Notes: a model not told the origin generated them from the sequence alone. 26,052 nucleotides of DNA from Halocafeteria seosinensis (GCA_001687465.1 LVLI01000217.1:124001-150052); one strand, 5' to 3'. Shown: positions 1 to 11,300, counted from the first letter of the stretch. Made by a program: numbers and translations.

Positions 1-1111
1 GAAGGGGCTATGAACAAACTTCGGGAAGAAAGGGACTTATCGGATGAGGAATGCGCGGAACTGCGGGAGCAATTAGAAGCTCAAGAAGAAATCTCCTACA
101 AACTAAGGCAACAGGTGGATAATCTTAAGAAATCAGGCGTTCTCCAAGGACTTGTGCTCATGAAAACGATAGCTGCAGGTATTAAGAAAAGATCGCAAAT
201 TGAACAGAACTTAACAAGAGAGAAAGTGAATGAGCTAAAGGAATTGGAAGATTCGTGGTCGCAGAAATATGCTGAACTCCGTCAACAGTACGAAGAAGAA
301 GTAAACAAGGTTAATCAGTTTATTGCGATGCAAAATGCGTTATTTGAGACGTTGATGAACTACAAAAAGGAGATGTTACTGGAGCACAAGATTCAGAGCA
401 GCGTGCTACAAAACGAAATTGCAGATATCTTCGACCGGAAAACGGTAAGTTATGAAGTGTGATGACCTTGGATGCCGGCCTCAAATTATTATTCCTTGTT
501 GTAAATATCGCAGTCGTTAGAAAAAACTCGTGAGGAGCTTGTCAAGACTATGGGAACGATGGAAGGCCAAGTCCAGCAACTTGAGACCCAAATGCAATCC
601 TTATTCAGTCAGAGAGTAGTCAAGAACGGAGAAGTCGATACTCAACTAAAACGAAGGAAACAGCAAGTTCAAAAAGATATCGACCATATGCTTGTTAAAG
701 TAAGAGCGCCGCTCATTTTCTTACCTTGCGTCTGTCTGTCGCTGCAATGTATCACGTTGGATGTGATTACAGATATCCGAACACCACGACAAGATCCAGG
801 ACGTGAAAGCTCAAATCCAGGAGGCAGATGACGAGCGAACAACGAAGGAAGAGCAACTGAAATATGTTGAAGCTCAACTCGTCAACACGCTTTTGGAACA
901 ACAGAAGAAGCTTATGTATTGTCTGCAAAGTGTTCAAGTGGATTCGGACAAACAACGTAATGACTATGGAGAAGAAAACCTAGGAGACATCATGCCGCAG
1001 GAGATGAAGGATGTCCTAGCAAGAAATGCAAGTGCTGGTAGAGATGACGAAAGCAAGTATGACGACAGCGATCGAGGAAGTGATTCGGGGGATGGTTATG
1101 TCGTCGAATAA
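1..1111 (+). CDS. 3' portion of a coiled-coil protein of unknown function; 5' end probably outside the window. Exons <1-444, 514-699, 773-1111
   Basis: Three ORFs (10-462, 550-831, 803-1111) are joined in frame by GT-AG introns at 445-513 (GTAAGT..GCAG, 69 nt) and 700-772 (GTAAGA..ACAG, 73 nt). The protein is E/Q/K/L-rich and heptad-like and ends at TAA 1109-1111. Confidence 0.8.
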
Positions 1112-1444
1112 ATGTACACACCGAAACACTCACACTAACCGGTGGGCTGCTACAAAGTAGTACAAACGTCCACACACATATCGCATTGCTTTCTTCAACA
1201 GGATATGCATTTAGAGAGGATGTTTATTGTACGTAACCACAGGACCAAATATATATATATGGTATGTCTTAGACAACGTACGGTAGTTGGGCCCGGATTG
1301 TCCGGGCTTCTCGCCAGACACAGACTCTTCTCCGAGCCCTTAACTGACTGAGTAGACGCTCATCTCCCGTATGAATGGTCTTTTTGTGCCGTGCACATTT
1401 ATGTACACTCTGTACAGTATAGTTTGCACGGAGGAGGTACAATT

Positions 1445-2400
1445 ATGCAGGGAAGAGCGTTGCTTTGCAGCAGGAAAGTGGCCTTCCAGGCTCTGCCACA
1501 CCCGAGTTTTGCAGCATTAAGACCTCCGAGTGTCTTTCGAAACACAACTAGCACTTTCTCTGGTATCAACAGCATCAATAGACCACTGGTTAGGCGTTCG
1601 TTTGCTTCGACGTCCAAACCAGACGACGCCTCCTTTTCCCAACAACCTCAATATGAATACGAAAAGGCCGCCGCCGAGGAGCAATATGAGCAACTGAACC
1701 AATTTGGTCTTTCAAAACATGAACAATCGCTCTTTCGACACGAAGAGGAAGAGCTGCCCTCTTTACCAGACCACGGCTTTCGCTTTTACACCTCTCCTGA
1801 TCAGCTGCAAGATCGGAATGAACCTGTTAAACGAGCTCTAAGTACCCGGACGGCCTCACTGACAGAATATCGTCGTTTTAAGCGCCAGCAAATTATTAAC
1901 AAGTATCGAACTGATATGTTTGATACAGGATCATCCAGAGTACAGGGTAAGTGTTATGTCTGCCTTCTGATGAACTATCTTCGACGTGCTAGTTATACTC
2001 AATCCGAATCTTTGTGGACGCACAGTGGCTCTACTGACAGAGCGTATACAAGCATTGACCGATCATCTCAGACGACATCGCCATGATACAGCTGCCAAAA
2101 GAGAAGTCCAACGTCTGCTGGTTAGAAGGAGAAAGTTAATGCAATACATGATTCGAAATGATTACACGAATTACAGGTGCGTTGCCAACGCTGGTGTGAC
2201 TTATAAGCGCATTCAGATGTTACTGAAGGGCGCCTATTACGATTTGCAGAGTTGTGGTTCGAGAACTTGGCTTAAGACCGGTGCCACTCTTTTTGAGTAA
2301 ATATGTGAGCCACAGAGGAAACAAAGAACCTCATTCTGTTATCCGTGCTCGCCATGGAAGAATTAAAAAACGCAGCCAACGCGGTCACAAGGGCCACTAA
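1445..2400 (+). CDS. MRPS15: Mitochondrial ribosomal protein uS15m. Exons 1445-1946, 2026-2176, 2250-2400
   Basis: The spliced product contains the S15 signature DTGSSRVQVALLTERIQALTDHLRRHRHD..KREVQRLLVRRRKLMQY..YRVVVRELGLR. The N-terminus is R/S/F-rich and acid-poor, like a mitochondrial presequence. Introns at 1947-2025 and 2177-2249. Confidence 0.9.
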
Positions 2401-2454
2401 CATAGAATACGGACTACTTTATTATCAATTCTATTATACTGGCAGTTAGTGTCG

Positions 2455-3974
2455 TTATTTCTTTAGTTCCTTTTTTACTGTCCGTACAAATGCATTGGCC
2501 TCCTCTTCACGGGAAAGCTTTATCAAGAAAAGCTCCGCTTTCCCATCGTGACCCTTCGTAACACCGCTGGCATCTACACCAGAAAGTCGAACGATTTTTG
2601 GAGAGTCTTCAACAATCTCAATTGTCATATCACTCCACAAAGGCACATTTAAGAGCAAGCGAATTCCTGGTCCTCCTCGGTGTGTTTCTTGATGGAGAAT
2701 GATACTGGTTTGCGAGCCTGAGTTTGATTGGGTGCGCGTCTTGCTGATGCGAAAAGGTCCAATGCCACTCTCCACCCATTCCCCACTGTCTTTCGATAAT
2801 CTAAAGAGTTTAGCTCTACCTCTTAGTTTTACTTTTTCCTCGCTTACTAATGCTCCTTCGCTAGTCTTTTCAGATGTTTCGGTGGGCGCAGCAGATTCAT
2901 GAGCTCCGGTTTGATTGACAGCAGCATCTGATTCAGCGGGTGGTTGAAACATCTGAAGAACTTTTTCTCCCTTGTGGTGGGAAGTGTCAATAGTAGCAGG
3001 TTTAGAGTCATGGGGAGCTTGCAAACCAAAACCAAGTTTCCTACCAGGGTTGATGGATGTCAACCACGTTGCACTGCCAGTAGCCGTCGCCGTGGATGCT
3101 GATCGGCTACGTTCGGACGCTTGTGCAGGGATCGATGTCTCAGTTGCGACCGAAGCAGAAATTGGCGAAGTCGTCATTGTCGACGTTCCTATTGAAGAAT
3201 CAATCCCTGCACTGGACGAGCAATCTTGTTTCCGTTCTGGAGAGGTGGTGGTGGTGGAGGGTGTATTTCCTGGTGGAGCACCTGATCCCGTTGCAGACAT
3301 ACTTGAGCCCGTGCTCGTTGTCTTCATCGTGAAGAACCCCTTGTGACCACCAGTAAGCGCACTTGCCCAAACAGAATGCTGTGGAACAGTTGTAGGCAAT
3401 GAGGGAGCGGTAAAACCAGAACCGAAGTTTGTGTTTAGTCCTTTGCCAAACGTGAGCACGGGAGCTCCCGTGCCTGTAGTCGATGTTATCGGAGTATTCG
3501 TCGGTGGGCCAACGGATTCGGATGCAGTGGTCGCAGCAACAGAACTGTCATTATTGTTCGCCGTCTCCGCGGTTTCGCTGGTTGAGGTCTGAGATTTTGA
3601 CACCCCTTCAGATTCCGGAGACAACGATTTCGACTCGGTCGCTGTAGAGTTTGAGGCGGTCACAGCGGTGTTCGAGACTGTTTCCCCAGCGGCTGACAAC
3701 ACAACTGCTTCTTCTTCTTTACGGCCACTCTTTTTCGCTGCACCTTTGAATTCCGTTTCGTCTGTTTTTGATGATATATCTCGCCGCCTCTTCCGGCTAC
3801 CGGACGGAGAATCACTCTTGGATGGCCCTTCTGCCTCCCTGCGAGGAATCCCATACCCAATACCCAAAAAAAGAATGAACATGATCAACAGGATTCCTTG
3901 CACCTTGGCCAACACACTTACACCCTCGTGGATTCCTCCTGCTGCCTTCGTGTAGCACGTCGACTTCGCACCAT
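2455..3974 (-). CDS. RanBD1-domain protein with NLS-like N-terminus and FG motifs (RanBP3/Yrb2/Nup50-like). Exons 3974-3922, 3838-2455
   Basis: The C-terminal domain reads EEKVKLRGRAKLFRLSKDSGEWVESGIGPFRI..LLLNVPLW..LFLIKL, a Ran-binding PH-like fold. It follows an S/T-rich disordered middle with TFG, NFG and GFG motifs and a basic RKRRR segment. The likely start is ATG at 3974 (MVRSRRATRR), with intron 3921-3839 (GTAAGT..CGCAG, 83 nt). Confidence 0.8.
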
Positions 3975-4478
3975 AGCGCCCAAGATTCCAGAAGACTAAA
4001 ACCTGAGCACCCTCTTTTGACTCAATGGGCACGCTAGCATACAAATCAGATCCAATGGATCCGCACCAAGATATACCACAGTGAAAGGGGTCAACACAGC
4101 CAACAATGCCATTCTTGACTCTGTCGAGGTTCGTTTGAAAAGCTTCCTCGGGGAGGTGTCAAACTTTTCGTTTATTTCAAGACTTCAACGTCATGCTTTC
4201 TCTTGATGATGGCAGTCTGCGGAAGGCAGAATACTATTGTTCGATGCAACATGTGAACTTTGATTGACTGGTGATTTGTCTCTCTCGCATTGGATGCCCC
4301 GGAAGGGTTTGGAAATGAAAGTGGTGGGCATGTAGAACATTCGGAACCACAAGCTTTCAAGGATTGCCGGGGAACTGGTTTTTCTTTCTTTCGAGGATAT
4401 TAACCCACATCATGGACCCTGGTACATAGAAAAAGGACTGTTTCAAGGAAGGTGAAGCGTGATTCTCTGTAAAAGAGA

Positions 4479-6069
4479 ATGGAGGGAAGCGGTGGCGCAG
4501 CCACTAGTGCTTCGGTCGTGGAGGCACCTGTAATTCGTTCCAATCAGCAGTCCTCACATTACGACGCCGAGAATACGGGAGGCTCAGTTGACCTTCCGAC
4601 AGTGGAGGATCTAAAACGGACATCAATGCCATTTGATGTTGCTATCCAGCGTCTGAAGGAGCTCGTTAACGAACATCAGGGAGCTGAACACACGCAATTC
4701 TCTCGGTACCCCTCATGGTTTAGCAGACATTTCGGAAAAAACTATCTATAGAGGAAAGGCTTCGAGGCTACAGATTATATAATCCTGAAATGGCACGAGG
4801 AAATGAAGTTTCTCGTGTGCGGAAATGATACAAGAGGAAGTGCACATGGAGGATAGGTGGGTGGTGATAAAGTTCCAGGACTACATTGCGGGCCATCCTT
4901 TACCTGCTCCAATTAATAGCCCACATTACTCGGTTCTACCTGAAGAGCAAGAACTCGATAGGAGTTCCTTCCCTCCTGAACAATCCGTGCAAAGACTGAA
5001 AGAAATAATTGACGAATACAATAGAGGGTTTCGGAATCACAAGTACTCACGCGATCCAAGTGGAGTATCTACTTTGGTGGGCTGGAGGACTTCAATTCGC
5101 AAGGGATTAGAAAAGTTCACGGAAAAGGAAAAGAGGGCTCGGTGGCGTGACATATTAAAGTATATGCAGGAGACTATTCCGGATGTTTTTGCATCTACAG
5201 CTCGGTGGACCCTTGAGGCAAAATTTTCTACATGTAAAGGACAACGGTTGCGGGGTCCTTCTGGACTTAAATCCTCTGGAGACTATACAGAGCATAGTTC
5301 AGTCTCAACAGATGATCCTCAAGAAGAGGTGAGATTTTTGTCTAAATTTCATGGTTGCGCGGTGCAAATGGCAGCACGGGAAACCGAGGAGGAGAATGCT
5401 CAGATCGGAGCGGATATGCAACTACTTGACTATCGCGATACATTAGAGGAAATATTGATGAATTCCTTAGAAAAAACTCTGTCTGCCGCCAGTACTTCCG
5501 CCTCCTATCAGGAAGGGTGTTTGAATTCAGAAGTGTTTAATGTATTGTCACCATAGTCAATTGCCGAACTGGTGCGTTCTCATTTTAGGGGGAGTGAAGG
5601 ATTCCGGAAAGCCGAACCGGGTAAAGGTTTCCGCCTCAGCAAGTCGTTGAGCAATGATGAAAAGAGAGGAGAAATTATCAACGTATTTGGTCGAAAATTA
5701 CCGTTGTGCAAAGCTTCGGACCTTCGTGCTTCTACTGCTTCTAGATGGTCTTCGAAGGAAATTCCTCCGGATACGAAAGAAGCTATGGAGGCTGACAAGT
5801 ACAAGACTTTTGCTCAGAAACTAGCTGCTTTGGACGCCTCACTTGTAATAGCATATAATATTTCGCGGCAAGTCGATCCAGATTCTTGTATGTCTCCTCA
5901 ATGGGGCCGCTTGTTCAGTCAGTTCACCAAGGATAGGCTGGAAGAGCTGAGATTGTACGAGTATGCCTTCTGCAGCAAGAAAGCGTCAGATCTAATGTTG
6001 GATGCTGTGAATGGTACTCCTTTACAGCGTTCCCATCGTATGAGAATCAAGGAGGGTGAGCAGGATTAG
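4479..6069 (+). pseudogene. Disrupted gene (or mis-assembled CDS) encoding three degenerate copies of an unrecognised ~110-125 aa repeat
   Basis: ORFs 4479-4751, 4825-5556 and 5572-6069 share motifs (QRLKELVNEH / QRLKEIIDEY / *SIAELVRSH; RKGFE / RKGLE; ASTARW / ASTASRW). Homology runs through the in-frame TAGs at 4749-4751 and 5554-5556 and across a frame change near 4815-4825. I found no convincing introns that remove these lesions. A possible in-frame intron lies at 5329-5403. Confidence 0.5.
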
Positions 6070-6247
6070 CAGCGAATAGTTAATGGATGGGATGGAGTAT
6101 CTAGCACTCGACAAAACTAATGTTACACAACTGTCCATTTAGTCATGACCATTGCAGAATGTTGTCCGTGTGTGTACGCAAAGAACTAACTTCAAACTCA
6201 ATTAGCTCACAGTTTCTATTCCAGCCCAGAATTTACTTTCGGGTTGC

Positions 6248-6277
6248 TTGGAACTTCAATCTGGGTGATCTAACGGT
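6248..6277 (+). promoter_or_regulatory. Candidate cis-element TTGGAACT-N12-ATCTAACGGT upstream of DNAL1
   Basis: The same bipartite motif with the same spacing occurs at 8292-8321 upstream of CFAP57. It contains a MYB-type TAACGG core. Confidence 0.35.
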
Positions 6278-6438
6278 CGGATGCGTCGAGGCCCTCGCCG
6301 ACTCGAGCGGTCTACCCTTTCATACAGTAGTTAATTTCATTCACCGGTTTTTGGAATGCTGCCTTTGCCTATAAAAGAGCAATATTTTCATTCTCGTCTT
6401 GAGAGAGAAAGCAGTTAAGCAGCCTCCGCGAATCCATC

Positions 6439-7427
6439 ATGGCAGGGGTACGTCTTTCAATATTCAACCTATCTTGTGGCGAGACTATATACTGCCACAA
6501 AACTCCCACTCTACACTGAACCTGTTAATTGTGTGTTGTGCAGATACCCTTGTCCAAGGCTCTCAAAGAATGGGTAGGTTGCAGCATCGACGCACATGCC
6601 AATACCCGTGAAGGATCGGGTGATCGTGTGGTTATTGATGCAGGAAAACCAAACTGGAGAGTCGGCGCCCGATGCCAAGGAGATCAAAATCCTTGGAGGA
6701 CTACCCATGGAAGAGGGTAAGAAGCGAGTATTTGTGAGCAAACTGGATTCCTCTGTGGGGTCCTTAGTACAGTGCGAGTACGTTTGTTTGAACTTCTCTA
6801 CGTGAAGTCTAGGGCCATATTTATCGATGTTGGGTTGCAGGAGGCTTTCCTTGTCGACGAACATGATAGACAAGATGTTTCCGCTAAGTGGGATGTCGAA
6901 ACTAAAAATCTTGTCGTTGGCTCGGAATAGGATTAAAAAGATAGAGAAACTGGACGACGTCGCGGAAACACTAGAGGAATTATGGCTCAGTTATAACGAA
7001 ATAAGCTCACTGGATGGGCTGCAAAATCTACAGAACTTACAGGTGCTATACTTAGCAAACAATCAAATTAAGGATTGGAATGAGTTGGCAAAGCTGGTAT
7101 GTTCATGTATGGGTTACGACTATTGATGACACTAACCGTGAAACATTCCAAATCTCTGGTCTATTCCAGGCTGACTTACCGAAACTGCGTGAAGTCTTGT
7201 TCCATGGGAATCCGATTTACGAGGGTCTAGAACCCACGCAAGCACGTATAAGTGTCGTGAAATACATCCCACAGGTAAGTTTGTGAGAAATGTTCTGAGT
7301 AACTCTTCTTGTCACATTAAGGACGTCAACATCGGTGATACGGCTCTCGCTTTGGTCGATACAGATAGTAAAGGTAGATGCCACCATCATCACTGACCAA
7401 GAGAGGTCTCAAGCAGAAACTATGTAA
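6439..7427 (+). CDS. DNAL1: Dynein axonemal light chain 1 (outer-arm LC1, LRR protein). Exons 6439-6447, 6544-6573, 6644-6777, 6841-7096, 7170-7274, 7365-7427
   Basis: The spliced product reads MAGIPLSKALKEWE..CERLSLSTNMIDKM..LSLARNRIKKIEKLDDVAETLEELWLSYNEISSLDGL..LYLANNQIKDWNEL..GNPIYE, typical of LC1. Five GT-AG introns of 96, 70, 63, 73 and 90 nt. Confidence 0.93.
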
Positions 7428-7502
7428 CATACGCCGGCTACCCAAAGCAATAAACAACAATATAACTTCCGGGACTTATTGGGTCTATATCCAGTCATTC
7501 GA

Positions 7503-7973
7503 TCATTCTCCTGTATCGAGTGTTATCGTAGGTAACGAAGCCTCCTCGTTAAATTTCAGTTGATGCAATTGTCGGACAGGCTCATGAAGTACCGGGATAC
7601 TGAAAAAGTCCAAGTAGTCCTCACACTGGAAGCACCAGAGGCTCAAATCGACGTATGATGCCGCCACGCAATGCGTATTCTGTCTTTCATGTTCTAGCAT
7701 ATGCCGATTAGCATAGCGTGAGCACTTGATTGCTCCACATTTCAGGCAGATCCAAATTTCCTGGCTCTCGCAGTCTTCGCACGAGACGGCGCCCTTGCCT
7801 TCATGGTCACGTTGGTGGCACGCCTTTCGGAGCTTCTCAAAGACAGACGAAACATCCCCTGAAACATTATCCCCGAGATGGGGACAGTCATCTCTGGGTC
7901 TCACCAAGGCTCCTTGAGAAGCCAATTGAGCTGCTAAGGCGGCATCTTCATCTTCCTGTCCTGCCGCTGCCAT
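7503..7973 (-). CDS. Small stand-alone ZnF-UBP (BUZ) ubiquitin-binding protein of the HDAC6 C-terminal type
   Basis: 156-aa single-exon ORF with CPHL..CEDC..WICLKCGAIKCSRYANRHMLEH..H..SYVDLSLWCFQCEDY..HQLKF. There is an in-frame stop just upstream of the ATG. Confidence 0.88.
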   Translation of the reverse strand: MAAAGQEDEDAALAAQLASQGALVRPRDDCPHLGDNVSGDVSSVFEKLRKACHQRDHEGKGAVSCEDCESQEIWICLKCGAIKCSRYANRHMLEHERQNTHCVAASYVDLSLWCFQCEDYLDFFSIPVLHEPVRQLHQLKFNEEASLPTITLDTGE

Positions 7974-8291
7974 ATCACGTTACAAACGGAGCCGCCCGTA
8001 TCTGGGACTCTTTGAGATGTCGTATAGGCGTACGCACAAGAAGCAACAAAAATGAGAGAGTAATGTCTGTCAAACTCTACCTAATGTCTATACGCTAAAA
8101 CAAGCTCTGCCAGAGTCTTTGGTGGGTTCCCAGGTTGAAGTTGGCCGCCAACTTTTGGCCGTTAAAGGCTCTATTCACTTATAATTCCAGACGCTTTATT
8201 TCAGACGGATTGCCGGCTCAAGGGGGTCTGGATAGTACAGTTTGCTCTGTCTCTTTGGGAGTTGCTTGGGGTAAGCGTTCATGCGCTTCGT

Positions 8292-8321
8292 TTGGAACTG
8301 ACCCGCGGTGAATCTAACCGT
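8292..8321 (+). promoter_or_regulatory. Candidate cis-element TTGGAACT-N12-ATCTAACCGT upstream of CFAP57
   Basis: Matches 6248-6277 in both half-sites and in spacing. Alternatively, CTAAC is the branch point of a 5'UTR intron at 8271-8325. Confidence 0.3.
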
Positions 8322-8340
8322 AAAGGGCGAGACTCGTGTC

Positions 8341-11300
8341 ATGGCTTCCACATTGATACAGCGGTAAGTGCCCCTTGCATGCATGTCGTGGGAGGGAGAG
8401 TGGGTGTGATTACAAGTGACGTCTGGTGCTTCTTGCAGCCACGTGTTTGGCGCGAAAGTCAACACGGATAGGGCTCTCACGTTCGCCGATGATTCACATT
8501 TACTGTATCCTTGTGGACATTCGGTCGTGAAATACAATATAGGGAATTATTCACAGAATTTTATCAATGGGTCTCCTAATCAAGGGGAAATCACAGCCAT
8601 AGCTGGAAGCCATGGCAAGCGCTACTTGGCAATCGCGGAAGCGGGGAGCACACCCTGCGTTAGCCTCTACAACATGAGGCGCTTGTACAGGAGCAAGGTC
8701 TTGGGAAGTACTCCGGAAGTGACGAATTGTGAATATTCGTCCATCGCATTCAATAAAAGTGACACTAAGCTGGTTGGATTGACCTCGGGGAAGCACCAGT
8801 ACATCGTCCTGTGGACCCTAGACAAGGGTGCTGTGGTTGCTGCGCATCCAGTAGTTTACGAGAGAGGTATCACTCTATACGGGATTCAATTCAATAAGCT
8901 AAACTCCGATATACTCTGCGTCAATGGCAATGGTTTTCTTCGTTTCTTCACGACAGAAAACAACAACATTGCTGAGTGCCCGATGGACGAGGAATTTGCA
9001 GGACGCGAAACCAGTGATTATACTTCGGCAGCTTACATAGCTGAGAATCAGTTGATTTCGGGAACATCTCAGGGTGGGCTCCTCTATTTCAACGACCAAG
9101 ATTTTAAGCTTGCTTTGCCTGAATCTCCAGACGATGGACAAGCGGTCTTGGACGTTCTTTCATTCTCGCGTGGGTTTATCACGGCCTCCGCTGACGGTTC
9201 CGTGAGAATATATGAATACGCGGACGATGTTAACATCGCATTCTCTCAGAGCAAGAAACTACAACTTACATCTTCGGAGCTTGAAGGAGGAAGTCGAATA
9301 CTGTCTCTGGCAGTATCCCCTGCAGAAGACTACCTCGCCCTGGCAACAAGTGTCAACGCAATTTATAAACTACCTCTTGGTACCGTCTTATCAAAAGACG
9401 AGGGAGATTTTGCAGAACTTGTTCCCGCTCATGGTCCCAAAGAGGGAGAGTATCTCCATAGACGCGGAAGTATGAACTCCTGCAAAGTGCATAGTCTAGA
9501 CTCTGCCATCAGAAAACCAATTGTGGTTACCTCCGGTTCTGATAATACCATACGAGTGTGGAACTACGTGGACAAAACGCAGGAGTTATGCAAACACTTC
9601 GCCGATACAGCATTTAGTGTTGCGTGCCACCCTAGTGGTCTACACATCTTGGCCGGATTTACTGACAAGTTACGATACATGAACGTGCTGCTGGATGATC
9701 TCCGGCCGATGAAGGAAATCAACATCAAGAATTGTAAGGAATGCAGGTTTGCAAAAGGAGGGCACCTCTTCGCTGCAATGAATGTGAAGCTGATTCAGGT
9801 CTATAATTCCTATACATGTGAGATGCTACATAGTCTCCGAGGGCATTCTGGTGTAATCACATCCCTTTCGTTTTCGCCCGATGACCGAACGCTGCTCAGC
9901 GCTGGACTGGATGGGCGTCTCTATGCGTGGAATATGGTAGATGGCAGGCGAACAGGTGAATACGTTGCTAAGGATATAAAAATATCCAATGCTAGCGCTA
10001 CATCTGATGAAACCACTGCCTATTCGGTTGGTACTGACAAGCGCCTCAGTCTTGTTGACTTGAATGCGCAGCAAGTGGAGAGAGGAGTGCCGAGCAAAAA
10101 GGCTCTTGGAAGTGTTGTGGTTGGCTCCGGCTTGACGGGAATTTTGATGACCGGTGAATCAGACGAGTGTGACACGGGTAACATCATCAGTTATCCCTAT
10201 CCTCTCCCAGAGGGAGAACCGGAAACGATATCGTATGCTGCAACGTCCAGTGGTATCTCTAAGATGATTCTGAGTCATGACAGCACCCAGTTGTTTGCGT
10301 CTGGTCTGGATGGTTCTGTTCTCGTGTACGAAGTCCGGGATAAAGATGGAAGGATACCCTTTAGGGAAGCAACAGCAAAAATGCCGTGGAGCGACGAAGT
10401 TCTCGTAACCCGAAGTGACTTGGAGGACATGGCTTCTGCCATTGCAGAACTGGAAGAAACACAGGAAGAGATGCAAAGCAATAACGAGTATGCATTACGG
10501 ATGAAAGAGATTGCGTTTCAGGAAGATATGAAGAAGCTAACTGAAAGATACTCTGCCGAATTGGAGCAAGAGAAACAGCAGTATGAACTTCTCCAAGAAG
10601 AAAAAATGGACTTGGAAAGGGAGTTTGGTGAAAGTATCTCAGCCTTGCAGGTTTCGCACAGATCTGAGAAGCAAAAGCGGGAAGGATTGTATCAGGAAAA
10701 AATAATGGAAGAAGTGGAACGCTACCAACAGAAAGAAAATGAATGTCAAAAAGCGCTTGAAGACCACCGAGCCAGGAAACAGGAGCTCATTGACGCACAT
10801 GAACGTAATATGGCGAATAAACGTGAATTTTATGAACAGCAGTTGAAAGAGGCTCGGGAAAGGCGCCAGGAGATGGCTGATGATAAGAAAGGAACACTCA
10901 GAGATTGGGAAGAAACGCGCAACCAAATGGAACAGGACCTTGATGAGCAAACAAATAACATGCGCAAGAGTTACGAGTCTCGTCTTGAGGAGCAAAAGCA
11001 GCTCATCTTGAAATGCAAATCGGAAAATGGGATAATGAAGAAAAAGTTTGCCTCGTTGCAGAAGGATATCGAAGACCAACAAGAGGAGGTTCAGTCACTG
11101 GAGGAAAACAAGTACAAATTGGATCAACAAATTTCATCCCTCGGGAAGGAGATCGAGGTGCTAAACACCATGATAAAAGAGAAGGATGCTTCGATTGGTG
11201 AGAAGGAGAAGAGGATATATGAACTGAAGAAGAAAAATCAAGAACTAGAGAAATTTAAGTTCGTCTTAGATTACAAGATTAGGGAATTGAAGCGGCAAAT

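Noticed and set aside
3839..4044. Apparent transmembrane N-terminus (GILLIMFILFLGIGYG) fused to the RanBD protein in the ORF track
   Set aside because: The hydrophobic stretch is the translation of intron 3921-3839. The likely start is ATG 3974 in another frame.
6243..8269. GTTGCTTGG as an RFX X-box upstream of DNAL1 and CFAP57
   Set aside because: It is only a half-site. A shared 9-mer between two ~370-nt regions is expected by chance, and it also occurs inside the cyclase CDS (~16045). Kept only as supporting context for the bipartite motif.
8551..11082. Numerous antisense or alternative-frame ORFs of 60-150 aa here and over other genes
   Set aside because: They are shadow ORFs of real coding exons and have no recognisable motifs.
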